Assembly (NCBI GenBank): GCA_039738635.1
Contig: JBCLLN010000003.1
Location: forward strand, 259 to 64,258
Direction of reading: 5' to 3'
DNA: 64,000 nt
Origin: Candidatus Saccharimonadia bacterium
GTDB taxonomy: Bacteria > Patescibacteriota > Saccharimonadia > CAILAD01 > BJGX01
This document shows positions 39,718-49,420 of this stretch, in pieces. The stretch's first letter is position 1. The number at the start of each line of letters is the position of its first letter. The translations under genes and the position numbers were made by a program. The notes under the pieces were generated by a model, which was not told where the DNA came from, searched no databases, and worked only from the letters and a program-made list of their open reading frames with translations.

Positions 39718-40827
39718 TTATTTTCTTAGTACAACAATATTATATTGGCCTTTCTTTTCGTCTTTGACAACGTTCATTTTTCTCGAAGCCGTATTTAGGA
39801 AAGCTTCATGAAAACCGTCTTCTACTACGAAGGCCATGTAACCACCTTTTCTAAGCAGCTTTCTGGCATTTTCAAACAAAATTAAACGCTGTTCTTCGGT
39901 GATGTGGAAAGGCGGGTTAGAGATAATAAAATCAAAGCTTTCGGCCTGGTTTTCTACTAGTTCTACTTGCCGTTTGGTAATATCGGCTTCGTCGAACTTA
40001 TATATTGCCAAATCAGGATTATTTAGCCTGCTCAGCTCAACGGCTCGCTCGTTAATTTCCAAACCCTCCATATTGGCCAATTTGAAGTAATCTGCTAAAA
40101 CGATTTCAATAGCTCCCCAGCCAGAGCCAATATCGAGCACATTCATCTCATCCAGCTGAAAATTATCAATAACATATTCAAGCAAATGCCGTGTGCCGGT
40201 ATCTAGGTCTTCTTTTGAGAAAATCCCTGATTCCGTAACAGCGCTATGCTCTGTGCCATTGAAAGTAAACTGTATTTCTTTTTTAGTATCGATCATTTCG
40301 GGGTTAATCCGGCTGTTCTGTTTTAAAATTTCAATAATCCTTACTCCTCCAGCCCCTTTACCGACAACGCTGGCGACTATACCGGCTGCAATCAACTTTT
40401 CAACGGTTGAATCGATACCTTTTTTCTTATGGCTAACAAGAATGATTTTGCCATCCTCGTTTACGATTTGCAAGCCCTTATCGAGCTTGGCAATAAGTAG
40501 GGGATAGTTCTCGCCCCAATCGTGTGCCATAAATACAATGTCAAAATCAGCTCCAGCCTCAGTACTTGGCACAAATTCTGGAGGCACAATACTATTAGCA
40601 TTTGCCGTTTTCACAATTTGTGAGCCCTCAACGCTATAGGGTGTTTCGCTATTTGTTGTCGATTCACTAACGTCAAAATGACGTGCATAGAGCATTCCCC
40701 ATAACCCGTCAGCTCCATCAAAATCGTAAATTTTTTCACTACCAGTTAAATCAGAGCGTCTAAAAAAGTCATCTAAGATGGTAATCTCTGGTTTCTTATC
40801 ATTCTTACTATTTTTCTGAGTTTTCAT
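39718..40827 (-). CDS. RsmC/RsmD-like SAM-dependent (N2-guanine type) methyltransferase with N-terminal pseudo-MTase domain
   Basis: VLDIGSGWG motif I and the NPPFH catalytic motif (FIISNPPFHITEE). Confidence 0.65.
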   Translation of the reverse strand: MKTQKNSKNDKKPEITILDDFFRRSDLTGSEKIYDFDGADGLWGMLYARHFDVSESTTNSETPYSVEGSQIVKTANANSIVPPEFVPSTEAGADFDIVFMAHDWGENYPLLIAKLDKGLQIVNEDGKIILVSHKKKGIDSTVEKLIAAGIVASVVGKGAGGVRIIEILKQNSRINPEMIDTKKEIQFTFNGTEHSAVTESGIFSKEDLDTGTRHLLEYVIDNFQLDEMNVLDIGSGWGAIEIVLADYFKLANMEGLEINERAVELSRLNNPDLAIYKFDEADITKRQVELVENQAESFDFIISNPPFHITEEQRLILFENARKLLRKGGYMAFVVEDGFHEAFLNTASRKMNVVKDEKKGQYNIVVLRK

Positions 40828-41455
40828 GATTATATTATACTACTTACATCCCAAATACTGGATCAAAGGCACTCCGGTCACCTTTGGTGTACCACTTGGC
40901 TAATCCCCAATACAGGGGTGATTATAGCAAATTTGTGCGAAAATACCAGTGCTAACTCATAGTATATGAATATTTTATTTTTATTATGAATAAATCGCTT
41001 TTGTTTGTAATATAAACAGCGTCTATACTTTTTATAGTCAACGCAGCGTAGAGTAATCCAGAAGTTTTCCCTTTCAAGAGGAAATAGGGTTCAACCCCTT
41101 AACAGATAGAAGTTTATGCACTTTTAATTATTGAAATCTACTGCGAGCAATAATGCTCTCTTTCTCCCATACCATGGCGATGCTCTATTACTGACCCACC
41201 GAGGCAGGTTAACTGGGTTAGTGTAGCAAATTAATTGAATATCTTTCAGAACCCGAGTAACATAAGTATATTATGCATGAAAATCAGAACCCGATTATTA
41301 ACCAGCGTGGCTTACTAAATGCAACAGCTACCGTCTACGCCAAGCCAGAACACAATCTACTGAAGTGGCGCTCATCATGTGAGCCTCCACAAAGGCTAGA
41401 AAATTTCTTACGGGTACAGTACAATATAGTTAATGGTTGTGTTTAAGGGGCAAGC

Positions 41456-44400
41456 GTGAGGCGCCTAACAAAAGTTAGAAACTATATTTCAGGAGTAAAG
41501 CGGATTGTAGACCGATTTATTCATCTGTTTTGGTTGAAAATTTTTATTTCGAGGAGTCGCACGCTACTTATGGCTGTCGTTGTGCTGGCCGTATCAGCAG
41601 TACTGTACAGCGGGATGGTACAAGCCGCTGAAACGATATTTGTAACCAATGGTAGCACCCAAATCGGCTCCTTCCCGGCCAGCCTGCCGAATAATTCGTT
41701 TCGTATCGATACCTCAACCACTAACTCGACTTCGGTGACTAGTATCTCTGCCAACTTCGTCGGCCCGAGTTCGGCTACCCTAAGTCCGTCTACTGGCTGG
41801 ACCCAAACGGTATCTAGCAACTTCGATGACGCCAATCATAAAATCACCTTTGGCTTTAATACGTCTTTTAATGGCACAAGTTTCGACGGTGTTTTCATAA
41901 GCTCTAATACTTACCTTACCTTTGGCACCGGATCAAGCAACTATTCGAGCCTATCGGCCAGTAACCCCGCCATTCGTGGAGTACATATGTGTGCTGACGA
42001 CAACTCATACCAGAAAGTTTTTTATAAGCTCGACAGCGCTGGAGTTATGCGGGTACGTTATGAAGGTCATAATTCAACCAGTGGTACAGTAGGCTCACCG
42101 ACAATCGTCTACGAAGCAGTCTTTTATAGTGGCCAGTCATATTTTGATTTGCATATGGGGTCTAATTCTCGTTGTGGTGCCGACGTCACGGCTCCGACCA
42201 TCACTAGCGTGTCTTCTAATAAAACAAACGGTAGCTACAAAGCCGGCGAAATCATAGACATCGATGTTACTTTCTCCGAGAACGTTACATCGACCGGCAA
42301 TGTGACGGTGACTCTAGAAACCGGCGCCACCGACCAAGCTTGTACATTCACGGTTAGTAATACCAACTTCGGCACCTGTAATTACACGGTCCAAGCGGGG
42401 GATACATCAGCCGACCTGACAGTAAAGACTATATCCGGAACCATAAAGGACCCCGCCCTCAACACTATGACCAACTTCGTTCCTGCTACCAACCTTGCTG
42501 CCAACAAGGCGTTGGTGATTGACACCACAGCTCCAACAGTAACAGGAGTAACATCATCTTTGGCTAATGGGTCATATAAATCAGGTCAAGTTGTTCCAAT
42601 AGAGGTTGTGTTCTCTGAGAGCGTAACTGTTTCTGGAACCCCACGATTGGTATTGGTTACTGGTTCGCCTACTGTAACGAATTTGAGCTATGCTTCAGGT
42701 AGTGGAACAGCAACTCTTGTTTTTAACTACACCGTTGGTCATCACAACTATTCAGCCGATTTGGACTATGGCTCTACATCATCACTGTCTTTAAACAATG
42801 GGACTATAAGAGACACGGCAACTAACAATGCAATATTGACACTGGCATCTCCTGGCGCCGCCGGGTCTCTTGGTGCTAATAAGGCAATCGTTATTAATAA
42901 CAAATCTCTAACTGTAGCAATTACTTCAACCGCACCACCGTTAACCAATACCGCAATTCCTGTCAGCGTCACTTTTTCTGCATCAGTCACAAACTTTGTT
43001 GTGGGCGATATTTCTGTATCTAATGGAACCGCAGGTAGTTTTGCCGGATCAGGAGCCACATATACTTTTTCTGTAACTCCGACCGCCAATGGTAGTGTTT
43101 CAATTAATATACCAGTATCTGTTGCTACTAATACAGCAGGTAGTGAAAATACTGTCTCAAATACCATTACCAAGACATTTGATAATATTGTACCGACTGT
43201 AGCAATTACCACTTTAGTTGCTAGCCCAACATCATCAGCACTCATTGCATATACTGCAACATTTTCCGAAGCAGTAACTGGATTTGCATTGGCTGATATT
43301 AGTGTTACAAATGCAGTTTTGGGAAATTTAAATGCAGTCAGTAGTACTGTCTATACATTTGATGTATCACCGATTGGTCATATGTTGCCTGTTCATAATG
43401 TAAATGTGACGGTCTCTGTCCCATCTAGCAGTGCTATTGATGCAGCTGGAAATAATAACTCGGCTTCTGATTCTGGCGTGCCTGCAGCTATCGCATTTGA
43501 TAACCATAACCCCACAGTATCTCTAACTTCAGCCGTTGCAGAGCCGACTAATAGCGGAACCATTGACGTTACTGTTTCTTTCTCCGAAGGAGTTACAGGC
43601 TTTACAGTAGGAGATTTATCTTTAACTAACGCTACCGTCACAAACTTTGCCGTATCGTCTAGCACTATTTATACATTCAAGCTTATTCCAAGTGGACAAG
43701 GTGTAGCATCGGTATTTGTATCAGCTGGTGTATCACAAGACTCGGCCTCAAATCTAAATCTTATTTCAAACACTCTTTCACGTTTGTACGATAGTACTGC
43801 TCCAACAGTAGCTCTAACTAGTAGCGTTTCTGATACTACAAGTAGCTCAGTCATTAGTGTCACAGCTACTTTTTCCGAAATAATCACCGGCTTTGTAGTA
43901 GGAGATTTATCTTTAACTAACACTACCGTCACAAACTTTGCCGGATCTGGCACTACTTATACATTCGATCTTATTCCAAGTTCTCAGGGCACCGTGTCTG
44001 TATTTGTTCCTGCAAATATTTCTATTGATGAAGCCAGTAACAACAATATTATTTCAGATACTTTATCTAGAATTTATGATACTGCCGGTCCTGCGCTATT
44101 AGAAGTTACAGCTGTGGCTGCATCAGACTATGACACAACTCCGGATTATGTTTTTAATTCAAATGAAGCCGGAACTATAACATATGGTGGATCATGCTCA
44201 TCAGTAACCGCTAGTGCGGTTATTGGGGATAATACTATTACATTCGATACTCTTTCTATTGGTTCATATAACGACTGTAATATTACTGTAACTGACAGTG
44301 TTTCAAATATTAGTAATATATTAGTTTTAACAAATTTTGATATTATAATAAATCCTCCACCTACTATCACTAGTGTTTCTTCTGACAAAGCTAATGGTTC

Positions 44401-47400
44401 ATATACCACAGGAGAAGTCATCGACATTGATGTTACATTTTCTGAAGCTGTTACATCAACAGGGAATGTCACCATAACTCTAGAAACAGGAGCAACAGAC
44501 AGAACCTGTACATTTTCTATATCATCAAGCACAACAGGCACTTGCAACTATACAGTCCAAGCAAGTGATGCTACTGCCGATTTGACAGTAAACACTATTT
44601 CGGGAACGATTGTAGATGCTCAGAGTGATGCGATGGTAGATTTTGTACCAACTACAAATTTAGCTGCTAATAAAGCGATTGTTATTGATACCACTGCTCC
44701 AACAATTACTAGTGTTTCTTCTGATGTAGCTAACGGAACATATACCACGGGTGAAGTTATCGATATTGATGTAACATTTTCAGAAGTGGTAACATCGTCA
44801 GGCAACGTCACTATAACCCTTGAAACAGGAGCCACAGATAGAACTTGTACATTTACTATAACCAGTTCGACAACAGGAACTTGTAATTATACAGTTCAAG
44901 AAGGTGATGCTACTTCTGATTTGACAGTAAACACTATTTCGGGAACGATTGCAGATGCTGCGAGTAATGCAATGGTAAGTTTTGCACCAGCTACAAATTT
45001 GGCGGCTAATAAAGCGATTGTTATTGATACCACTGCTCCGAAGGTTATATTTTCTGATAATTTTAACAGTAGCTACGTCACGCTTGCGAGTCATGTTCCT
45101 TCGACGGTTGGCACAGGATGGACACAGCTAATCAATAACGGTGCTGTAACTATTTTTGTGCAATCTTATAATAATTATTTAACAATAACAGCAAATGCAT
45201 CAAATTCGGGCACGCTCTACACAGCTGAGGGTACGTACCCACACGCTAATTATGAAATCTCTTCAAATATATCGTATGCTACCGGCTCGGATTATACCCG
45301 ATCAATGGCTTTGAGGGTTCAAGACGCAAATAATATGTACTTGCTTAGATATGATATGTATAGCATGATAATGTACAAGCGAGTTTCTGGAACATGGACG
45401 CAGATTGGCAGTGCTTCTGTAAGTTTGTTGGGTAACACGAGCACATCACCTTATTCCGCTGAAAGTGTCAGTTTTAGTGCTACTGGCACTACACTTGTAG
45501 CTAAAGTTGACGGCGTAACTAAAATAACGGTTACCGATAGCAGTATTACGGGTATCGGTAAAGCCGGCGTTGGCCTCGGTTATATTAATGTTTCAACAGA
45601 TGATAGCGGTACGGGCGTGGGTATTGATAATGTCGTAGTGCAGACAATAAATTCTGACACAACTGCTCCGACGATTACCAGTGTTTCTTCCGACAAACCT
45701 AACGGAACATACACCACAGGAGAGGTCATAGACATTGATGTAACATTCTCAGAAGCAGTCACATCAACAGGTAACGTCACCGTCACCCTAGAAACAGGTG
45801 CCACTGACAGAACATGTACCTTTACCATAACAAGCGCTTCTACCGGTACATGTAACTACACTGTCCAAGCAGGAGACACAACATCAGACCTTACCGTAAA
45901 CACCATATCCGGAACTATTGCAGATGCTTCAAGCAACGCTATGACTAACTTCGCCCCTGCTACCAACCTTGCCACAAACAAAGCTCTCGTTATCGACACC
46001 ACCGCACCTACCGCCTCCACCCTTTCTCCGTTAGACGACGCAACAGGTGTATCTCCTACCTCTAACCTAGTTATTACCTTCAATGAAACAGTAACAGCCG
46101 TTGCTGCAAAGAACCTCACAATCAAAAAAACATCAGACGGTTCTACGATAGAGACAATTTCTGTAACAGGAGGGCTTGTGAGCGGAAGTGGAAGTAATAC
46201 CATCACCATTAATCCCAGCACCATCTTAGATGATGTAACAGAATACTATGTATTCATTGATTCTGGAGCGTTCATTGATGCTGCAACCAATATCTATGCC
46301 GGAATATCCAGTACTACTGCATGGAGCTTTACTACTGCCGACACCACCGCCCCAACCATCACCAATGTTTCTTCTGACAAAGCAAACGGAACATACACCA
46401 TAGGAGAGGTTATAGACATTGACGTAACTTTCTCAGAAGTAGTTACATCTACGGGGAATGTTACTGTCACCTTAGAAACAGGAGCAACGGACAGAACATG
46501 TACCTTCACCGTAACAAGCGCTTCTACCGGTACTTGTAACTACACTGTCCAAGCAGGAGACACAACATCAGACCTTACCGTAAACACCATATCCGGAACT
46601 ATTGCAGATGCTTCAAGCAACGCTATGACTAACTTCGCCCCTGCTACCAACCTTGCCACAAACAAAGCTCTCGTTATCGACACCACCGCACCTACCGCCT
46701 CCACCCTTTCTCCGTTAGACGACGCAACAGGTGTATCTCCTACCTCTAACCTAGTTATTACCTTCAATGAAACAGTAACAGCCGTTGCTGCAAAGAACCT
46801 CACAATCAAGAAAACATCAGACGGTTCTACGATAGAAACAATCTCTGTAACAGGAGGTCTTGTGAGCGGAAGCGGAAGTAATACCATTACCATTAATCCC
46901 AGCACCATCTTAGATGACGTAACAGAATACTATGTATTCATCGACTCCGGAGCGTTCATTGATGCTGCAACCAATATCTATGCCGGAATATCCAGTACTA
47001 CTGCATGGAGCTTTATTGTTGCTGATACTACTGGCCCAATTATCTCAGAAGTTACTTCTGTGGCAACCCCAGGAACTGATTCAACCCCAAACTATACATT
47101 TATCACTAATGAAGCTGGCACTATATCATATGGGGGTTCATGTGGGTCTGCTACTACATCAGCCTCTCTAGGTTCCATTACTATTACTTTCAATACTCTG
47201 GCCGATGGCACTTATACAAACTGTACTATTACTGTTACTGATGCTTCTTCGAATCCTTCAAATACTCTTTCCGTCACTTCATTTACCATAGATACGACTG
47301 CACCGATTATTGTCGAGGTTACGCCAGTCACTACCCCAACTGAAGATTCCACACCGAACTATACCTTCACAACCGACGAGGACGGCACACTTGTCTACGG

Positions 47401-48106
47401 CGGCTCGTGTAACTCCGTTACTACCAGTGCGACGGTGGGGAATAATACGATTACTTTTAACACACTTGCCTATTCAACCTATAGCGACTGCACAATAACT
47501 TTGAGTGACCTAGCTTCTAACGCTTCAAACACCCTAGCAATCACGGCGTTTAAAGTTGCCGCGCCTGCGGTTATCGTGGAAGATAAGAAGCCAGTAACAG
47601 CGGTTGTCAAAGTTACTTCTGCTCCTGCGTCCAATGTAGTCGTATCAGAGCCAGAACTTGAACCAGAAGCCGAGCCGGAACCAACAAAGATTATCCTCAA
47701 CGACTTCACCGAATACACAGACTCTCAGAGCAAGGGCAAAACTCTGAATCTAACTGTTAATCAGGTCATATATTTTAGTGTTGACGGCGGCGAACACTCC
47801 GTCACGATCAAGGATATTTCGGATGATGGCTACGCGACGTTTGTGCTGGCATCTACTCCCCGCACCGAGCGCCTGAAGGTTGGCGAGACTGGCCGTTATG
47901 ATGTCAACGATGACGGTTCTAACGATGTTGAAGTATCGGTTCTTGGCGTCAACGGCAAATATGTAGACATGACATTCAAGCAACTAGCCAAGCCAGCCAT
48001 TGTCGCTGAAGCAGTGGGTAGTAACAGTAAATTACCGTGGCTAATCTTGCCGCTAATCGGACTCGGTTTTATAGTAGTAGCTAAAAGAAGAAGCCGTCAG
48101 AAATAA
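41456..48106 (+). CDS. Giant (2216 aa) repeat-rich cell-surface protein, putative adhesin
   Basis: GTG start with AGGGG 6 nt upstream. Signal-like segment LLMAVVVLAVSAVLYSGMVQA. Arrays of Ig-like modules bounded by DTTAP, including two Big_5/SbsA-like modules (LSPLDDATGVSPTSNLVITFNETV). One LamG/ConA-like insert lies at 45041-45655. Contains Cys-pair Ig modules (YGGSC...C.ITVTD). C-terminal TM helix plus KRRSRQK tail. Confidence 0.85.
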   Translation: MRRLTKVRNYISGVKRIVDRFIHLFWLKIFISRSRTLLMAVVVLAVSAVLYSGMVQAAETIFVTNGSTQIGSFPASLPNNSFRIDTSTTNSTSVTSISANFVGPSSATLSPSTGWTQTVSSNFDDANHKITFGFNTSFNGTSFDGVFISSNTYLTFGTGSSNYSSLSASNPAIRGVHMCADDNSYQKVFYKLDSAGVMRVRYEGHNSTSGTVGSPTIVYEAVFYSGQSYFDLHMGSNSRCGADVTAPTITSVSSNKTNGSYKAGEIIDIDVTFSENVTSTGNVTVTLETGATDQACTFTVSNTNFGTCNYTVQAGDTSADLTVKTISGTIKDPALNTMTNFVPATNLAANKALVIDTTAPTVTGVTSSLANGSYKSGQVVPIEVVFSESVTVSGTPRLVLVTGSPTVTNLSYASGSGTATLVFNYTVGHHNYSADLDYGSTSSLSLNNGTIRDTATNNAILTLASPGAAGSLGANKAIVINNKSLTVAITSTAPPLTNTAIPVSVTFSASVTNFVVGDISVSNGTAGSFAGSGATYTFSVTPTANGSVSINIPVSVATNTAGSENTVSNTITKTFDNIVPTVAITTLVASPTSSALIAYTATFSEAVTGFALADISVTNAVLGNLNAVSSTVYTFDVSPIGHMLPVHNVNVTVSVPSSSAIDAAGNNNSASDSGVPAAIAFDNHNPTVSLTSAVAEPTNSGTIDVTVSFSEGVTGFTVGDLSLTNATVTNFAVSSSTIYTFKLIPSGQGVASVFVSAGVSQDSASNLNLISNTLSRLYDSTAPTVALTSSVSDTTSSSVISVTATFSEIITGFVVGDLSLTNTTVTNFAGSGTTYTFDLIPSSQGTVSVFVPANISIDEASNNNIISDTLSRIYDTAGPALLEVTAVAASDYDTTPDYVFNSNEAGTITYGGSCSSVTASAVIGDNTITFDTLSIGSYNDCNITVTDSVSNISNILVLTNFDIIINPPPTITSVSSDKANGSYTTGEVIDIDVTFSEAVTSTGNVTITLETGATDRTCTFSISSSTTGTCNYTVQASDATADLTVNTISGTIVDAQSDAMVDFVPTTNLAANKAIVIDTTAPTITSVSSDVANGTYTTGEVIDIDVTFSEVVTSSGNVTITLETGATDRTCTFTITSSTTGTCNYTVQEGDATSDLTVNTISGTIADAASNAMVSFAPATNLAANKAIVIDTTAPKVIFSDNFNSSYVTLASHVPSTVGTGWTQLINNGAVTIFVQSYNNYLTITANASNSGTLYTAEGTYPHANYEISSNISYATGSDYTRSMALRVQDANNMYLLRYDMYSMIMYKRVSGTWTQIGSASVSLLGNTSTSPYSAESVSFSATGTTLVAKVDGVTKITVTDSSITGIGKAGVGLGYINVSTDDSGTGVGIDNVVVQTINSDTTAPTITSVSSDKPNGTYTTGEVIDIDVTFSEAVTSTGNVTVTLETGATDRTCTFTITSASTGTCNYTVQAGDTTSDLTVNTISGTIADASSNAMTNFAPATNLATNKALVIDTTAPTASTLSPLDDATGVSPTSNLVITFNETVTAVAAKNLTIKKTSDGSTIETISVTGGLVSGSGSNTITINPSTILDDVTEYYVFIDSGAFIDAATNIYAGISSTTAWSFTTADTTAPTITNVSSDKANGTYTIGEVIDIDVTFSEVVTSTGNVTVTLETGATDRTCTFTVTSASTGTCNYTVQAGDTTSDLTVNTISGTIADASSNAMTNFAPATNLATNKALVIDTTAPTASTLSPLDDATGVSPTSNLVITFNETVTAVAAKNLTIKKTSDGSTIETISVTGGLVSGSGSNTITINPSTILDDVTEYYVFIDSGAFIDAATNIYAGISSTTAWSFIVADTTGPIISEVTSVATPGTDSTPNYTFITNEAGTISYGGSCGSATTSASLGSITITFNTLADGTYTNCTITVTDASSNPSNTLSVTSFTIDTTAPIIVEVTPVTTPTEDSTPNYTFTTDEDGTLVYGGSCNSVTTSATVGNNTITFNTLAYSTYSDCTITLSDLASNASNTLAITAFKVAAPAVIVEDKKPVTAVVKVTSAPASNVVVSEPELEPEAEPEPTKIILNDFTEYTDSQSKGKTLNLTVNQVIYFSVDGGEHSVTIKDISDDGYATFVLASTPRTERLKVGETGRYDVNDDGSNDVEVSVLGVNGKYVDMTFKQLAKPAIVAEAVGSNSKLPWLILPLIGLGFIVVAKRRSRQK
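44363..45040 (+). repeat. In-frame tandem repeat, 2 x 339 nt (113-aa Ig-like module)
   Basis: TITSVSSD.ANG.YTTGEVIDIDVTFSE.VTS.GNVTITLETGATDRTCTF... occurs twice back to back. Related copies begin near 42190, 45665 and 46349. Confidence 0.85.
45656..47023 (+). repeat. In-frame near-identical tandem duplication, 2 x 684 nt (228 aa: Ig-like module + Big_5-like module)
   Basis: Copies start at GAC ACA ACT GCT CCG (45656) and GAC ACC ACC GCC CCA (46340). The 3' ~490 nt of each copy differ at only a few positions. The antisense shadow ORFs 45856-46224 and 46540-46908 are nearly identical. Confidence 0.9.
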
Positions 48107-48146
48107 TACAATAAAAAAAGAAGGTTCAGAACCTGCGTTTCAAGTA

Positions 48147-48188
48147 ATTTCAAGGTTCGACCTTGATAGGTGTTATTTTGTGTAATAT
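48147..48188 (+). repeat. 42-bp direct repeat, copy A
   Basis: ATTTCAAGGTTCGACCTTGATAGGTGTTATTTTGTGTAATAT, identical to copies B and C. Contains the hairpin TCAAGGT-TCG-ACCTTGA. Confidence 0.95.
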
Positions 48189-48212
48189 CAGCATTTCAAG
48201 CATTTCAAGCGC

Positions 48213-48246
48213 ATTTCAAGGTTCAACCTTGATAAGTGTTATTTTA
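48213..48246 (+). repeat. Degenerate partial copy of the 42-bp repeat (A')
   Basis: ATTTCAAGGTTCAACCTTGATAAGTGTTATTTTA has 2 mismatches over 33 nt. It overlaps the stop codon of the 48239-48730 gene. Confidence 0.85.
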
Positions 48247-48730
48247 AAGGGTTCCTCATCTGTGCAAACGCGCTATCTAGCGCTTGGGTAAAGGCCTTTT
48301 CTCGATAAATTAATTGGCGGACCTCTTCATTATCGTTACGTTTGGCATGCTCACGAATGCTCTGGCCGAATTCTGCCCCATTTTTAACCTCTTCAGATAC
48401 CCTGAAAGGTAGCATGACAACCTCACTTTCTCCAATGTATGTCTCAGTTCCATCATAAATTGCAACGATACAAATGAGGTGGAGTAGTCCTTTGATATGC
48501 TCTAGGCCACCCTCTAAGCCAATGCTTAAATCTAAAGTGGAATCTTGCAGGTAGCAGTTTTTGGCTCGGTTGACAGCCCCTGAAATAGTAACTTCTTTGG
48601 ACATTGGCTGATCGACAATATTTGACTGAACTTCAAACGGCAGAATTACCGCGTCTGGCATCCTCTTTTTTATAACCCTTGAGGCGATACTCAACTTGTC
48701 TTCGCTTTTTGAACCAATACCAATCTTCAT
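48239..48730 (-). CDS. YjjX/DUF84-like non-canonical purine NTP phosphatase
   Basis: 163 aa. VQSNIVDQPMSKEVTISGAVNRAKN resembles the V.SGV..QP...ET..GA.NRA block of inosine/xanthosine triphosphatases. The later LPFRVSEEVKNGAEFG block also fits. Confidence 0.55.
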   Translation of the reverse strand: MKIGIGSKSEDKLSIASRVIKKRMPDAVILPFEVQSNIVDQPMSKEVTISGAVNRAKNCYLQDSTLDLSIGLEGGLEHIKGLLHLICIVAIYDGTETYIGESEVVMLPFRVSEEVKNGAEFGQSIREHAKRNDNEEVRQLIYREKAFTQALDSAFAQMRNPLK

Positions 48731-48855
48731 AATTTAATCGTGTGGTTAAGTTGTTCTTTTTTAGTCTTGAGGTACTTTAAGTTTACATTGTTTGGTTTAA
48801 TTTGTAATGGCTCGCACGCCTCAATTACGACTCCAAGGGAACGCAATCTTGAATG

Positions 48856-48890
48856 TAAAAATCCCGCTCTGACAAAGTCAGTGCGGGATT
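48856..48890 (-). terminator. Rho-independent terminator overlapping the stop of the 97-aa ORF
   Basis: Minus strand reads AATCCCGC-A-CTGAC-TTT-GTCAG-A-GCGGGATT followed by TTTTAC. Confidence 0.7.
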
Positions 48891-49171
48891 GGGATGAGAA
48901 TAATTTTAGCCACTCGGAAGGTCCGAGGTCCGATTTTTACAACCTCATTAGATTGTAATTCGAATCCCTTGGCGGGTGGCAATATACTGGGCAGAACTTC
49001 TGCCACCAACTCTAGCTCCTTCATGCACGACAAGCTATAAAAGCTTATCTTTGGCGACCCACTGTGGGGCTCTATAAACTCCACAATGAATGCATCTATG
49101 AAGTCTCCATAGAGCATTTCTTTGAGCATCTGGACAATACTCGCCCAGCTATCTGTTTTGTCAATTACCAC
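48878..49171 (-). CDS. Hypothetical 97-aa protein (cassette 1)
   Basis: GTG start with AAGGAGG 7 nt upstream (49179-49185) and a near-consensus promoter upstream. No recognisable domain. Confidence 0.55.
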   Translation of the reverse strand: MVIDKTDSWASIVQMLKEMLYGDFIDAFIVEFIEPHSGSPKISFYSLSCMKELELVAEVLPSILPPAKGFELQSNEVVKIGPRTFRVAKIILIPIPH

Positions 49172-49205
49172 CTCTTCACCTCCTTAGGGCTTGATGGTGC
49201 GTGTA

Positions 49206-49234
49206 ATTCTACAATACTACTACTGTAATGTCAA
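49206..49234 (-). promoter_or_regulatory. Near-consensus sigma70 promoter for the 97-aa ORF
   Basis: Minus strand reads TTGACA - 17 nt - TAGAAT. The -35 lies inside the repeated 13-mer CATTGACATTACA. Confidence 0.6.
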
Positions 49235-49250
49235 TGAGATAATTACGAAG

Positions 49251-49292
49251 ATTTCAAGGTTCGACCTTGATAGGTGTTATTTTGTGTAATAT
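49251..49292 (+). repeat. 42-bp direct repeat, copy B
   Basis: Identical to copies A and C, 1104 bp from A. Confidence 0.95.
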
Positions 49293-49420
49293 AATTTCGT
49301 AATTCCTTCTCGCAATATTATCAAACACTTTGAACACGAATTAGCCAATGCAAAATAAATTACAATAAAATACACCACTCAAGCCTCTCAAGGTCGAGCC
49401 TTTCGTGCTTTCGTACAAGT

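Noticed and set aside
41085-41110. GGGTTCAACCCC looked like a tRNA T-arm, suggesting a possible tRNA or tmRNA in the long intergenic region.
   Set aside because: I could not build an acceptor stem, anticodon arm or CCA end around it. I saw no tmRNA, RNase P or SRP conserved blocks by eye in 40828-41455.
41521-47983. Numerous 70-160-aa antisense or off-frame ORFs inside the giant gene, including the near-identical pair 45856-46224 and 46540-46908.
   Set aside because: These are shadows of a long, compositionally biased ORF. The identical pair simply mirrors the 684-bp tandem duplication.
48113-48136. A-run + AGGTTCAGAACCT + GCGTTT after the giant gene, considered as a bidirectional terminator.
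   Set aside because: The palindrome leaves a 1-nt loop, so the realistic stem is only ~4 bp. That is too weak to call, although the 7-nt T-run on the minus strand is suggestive.
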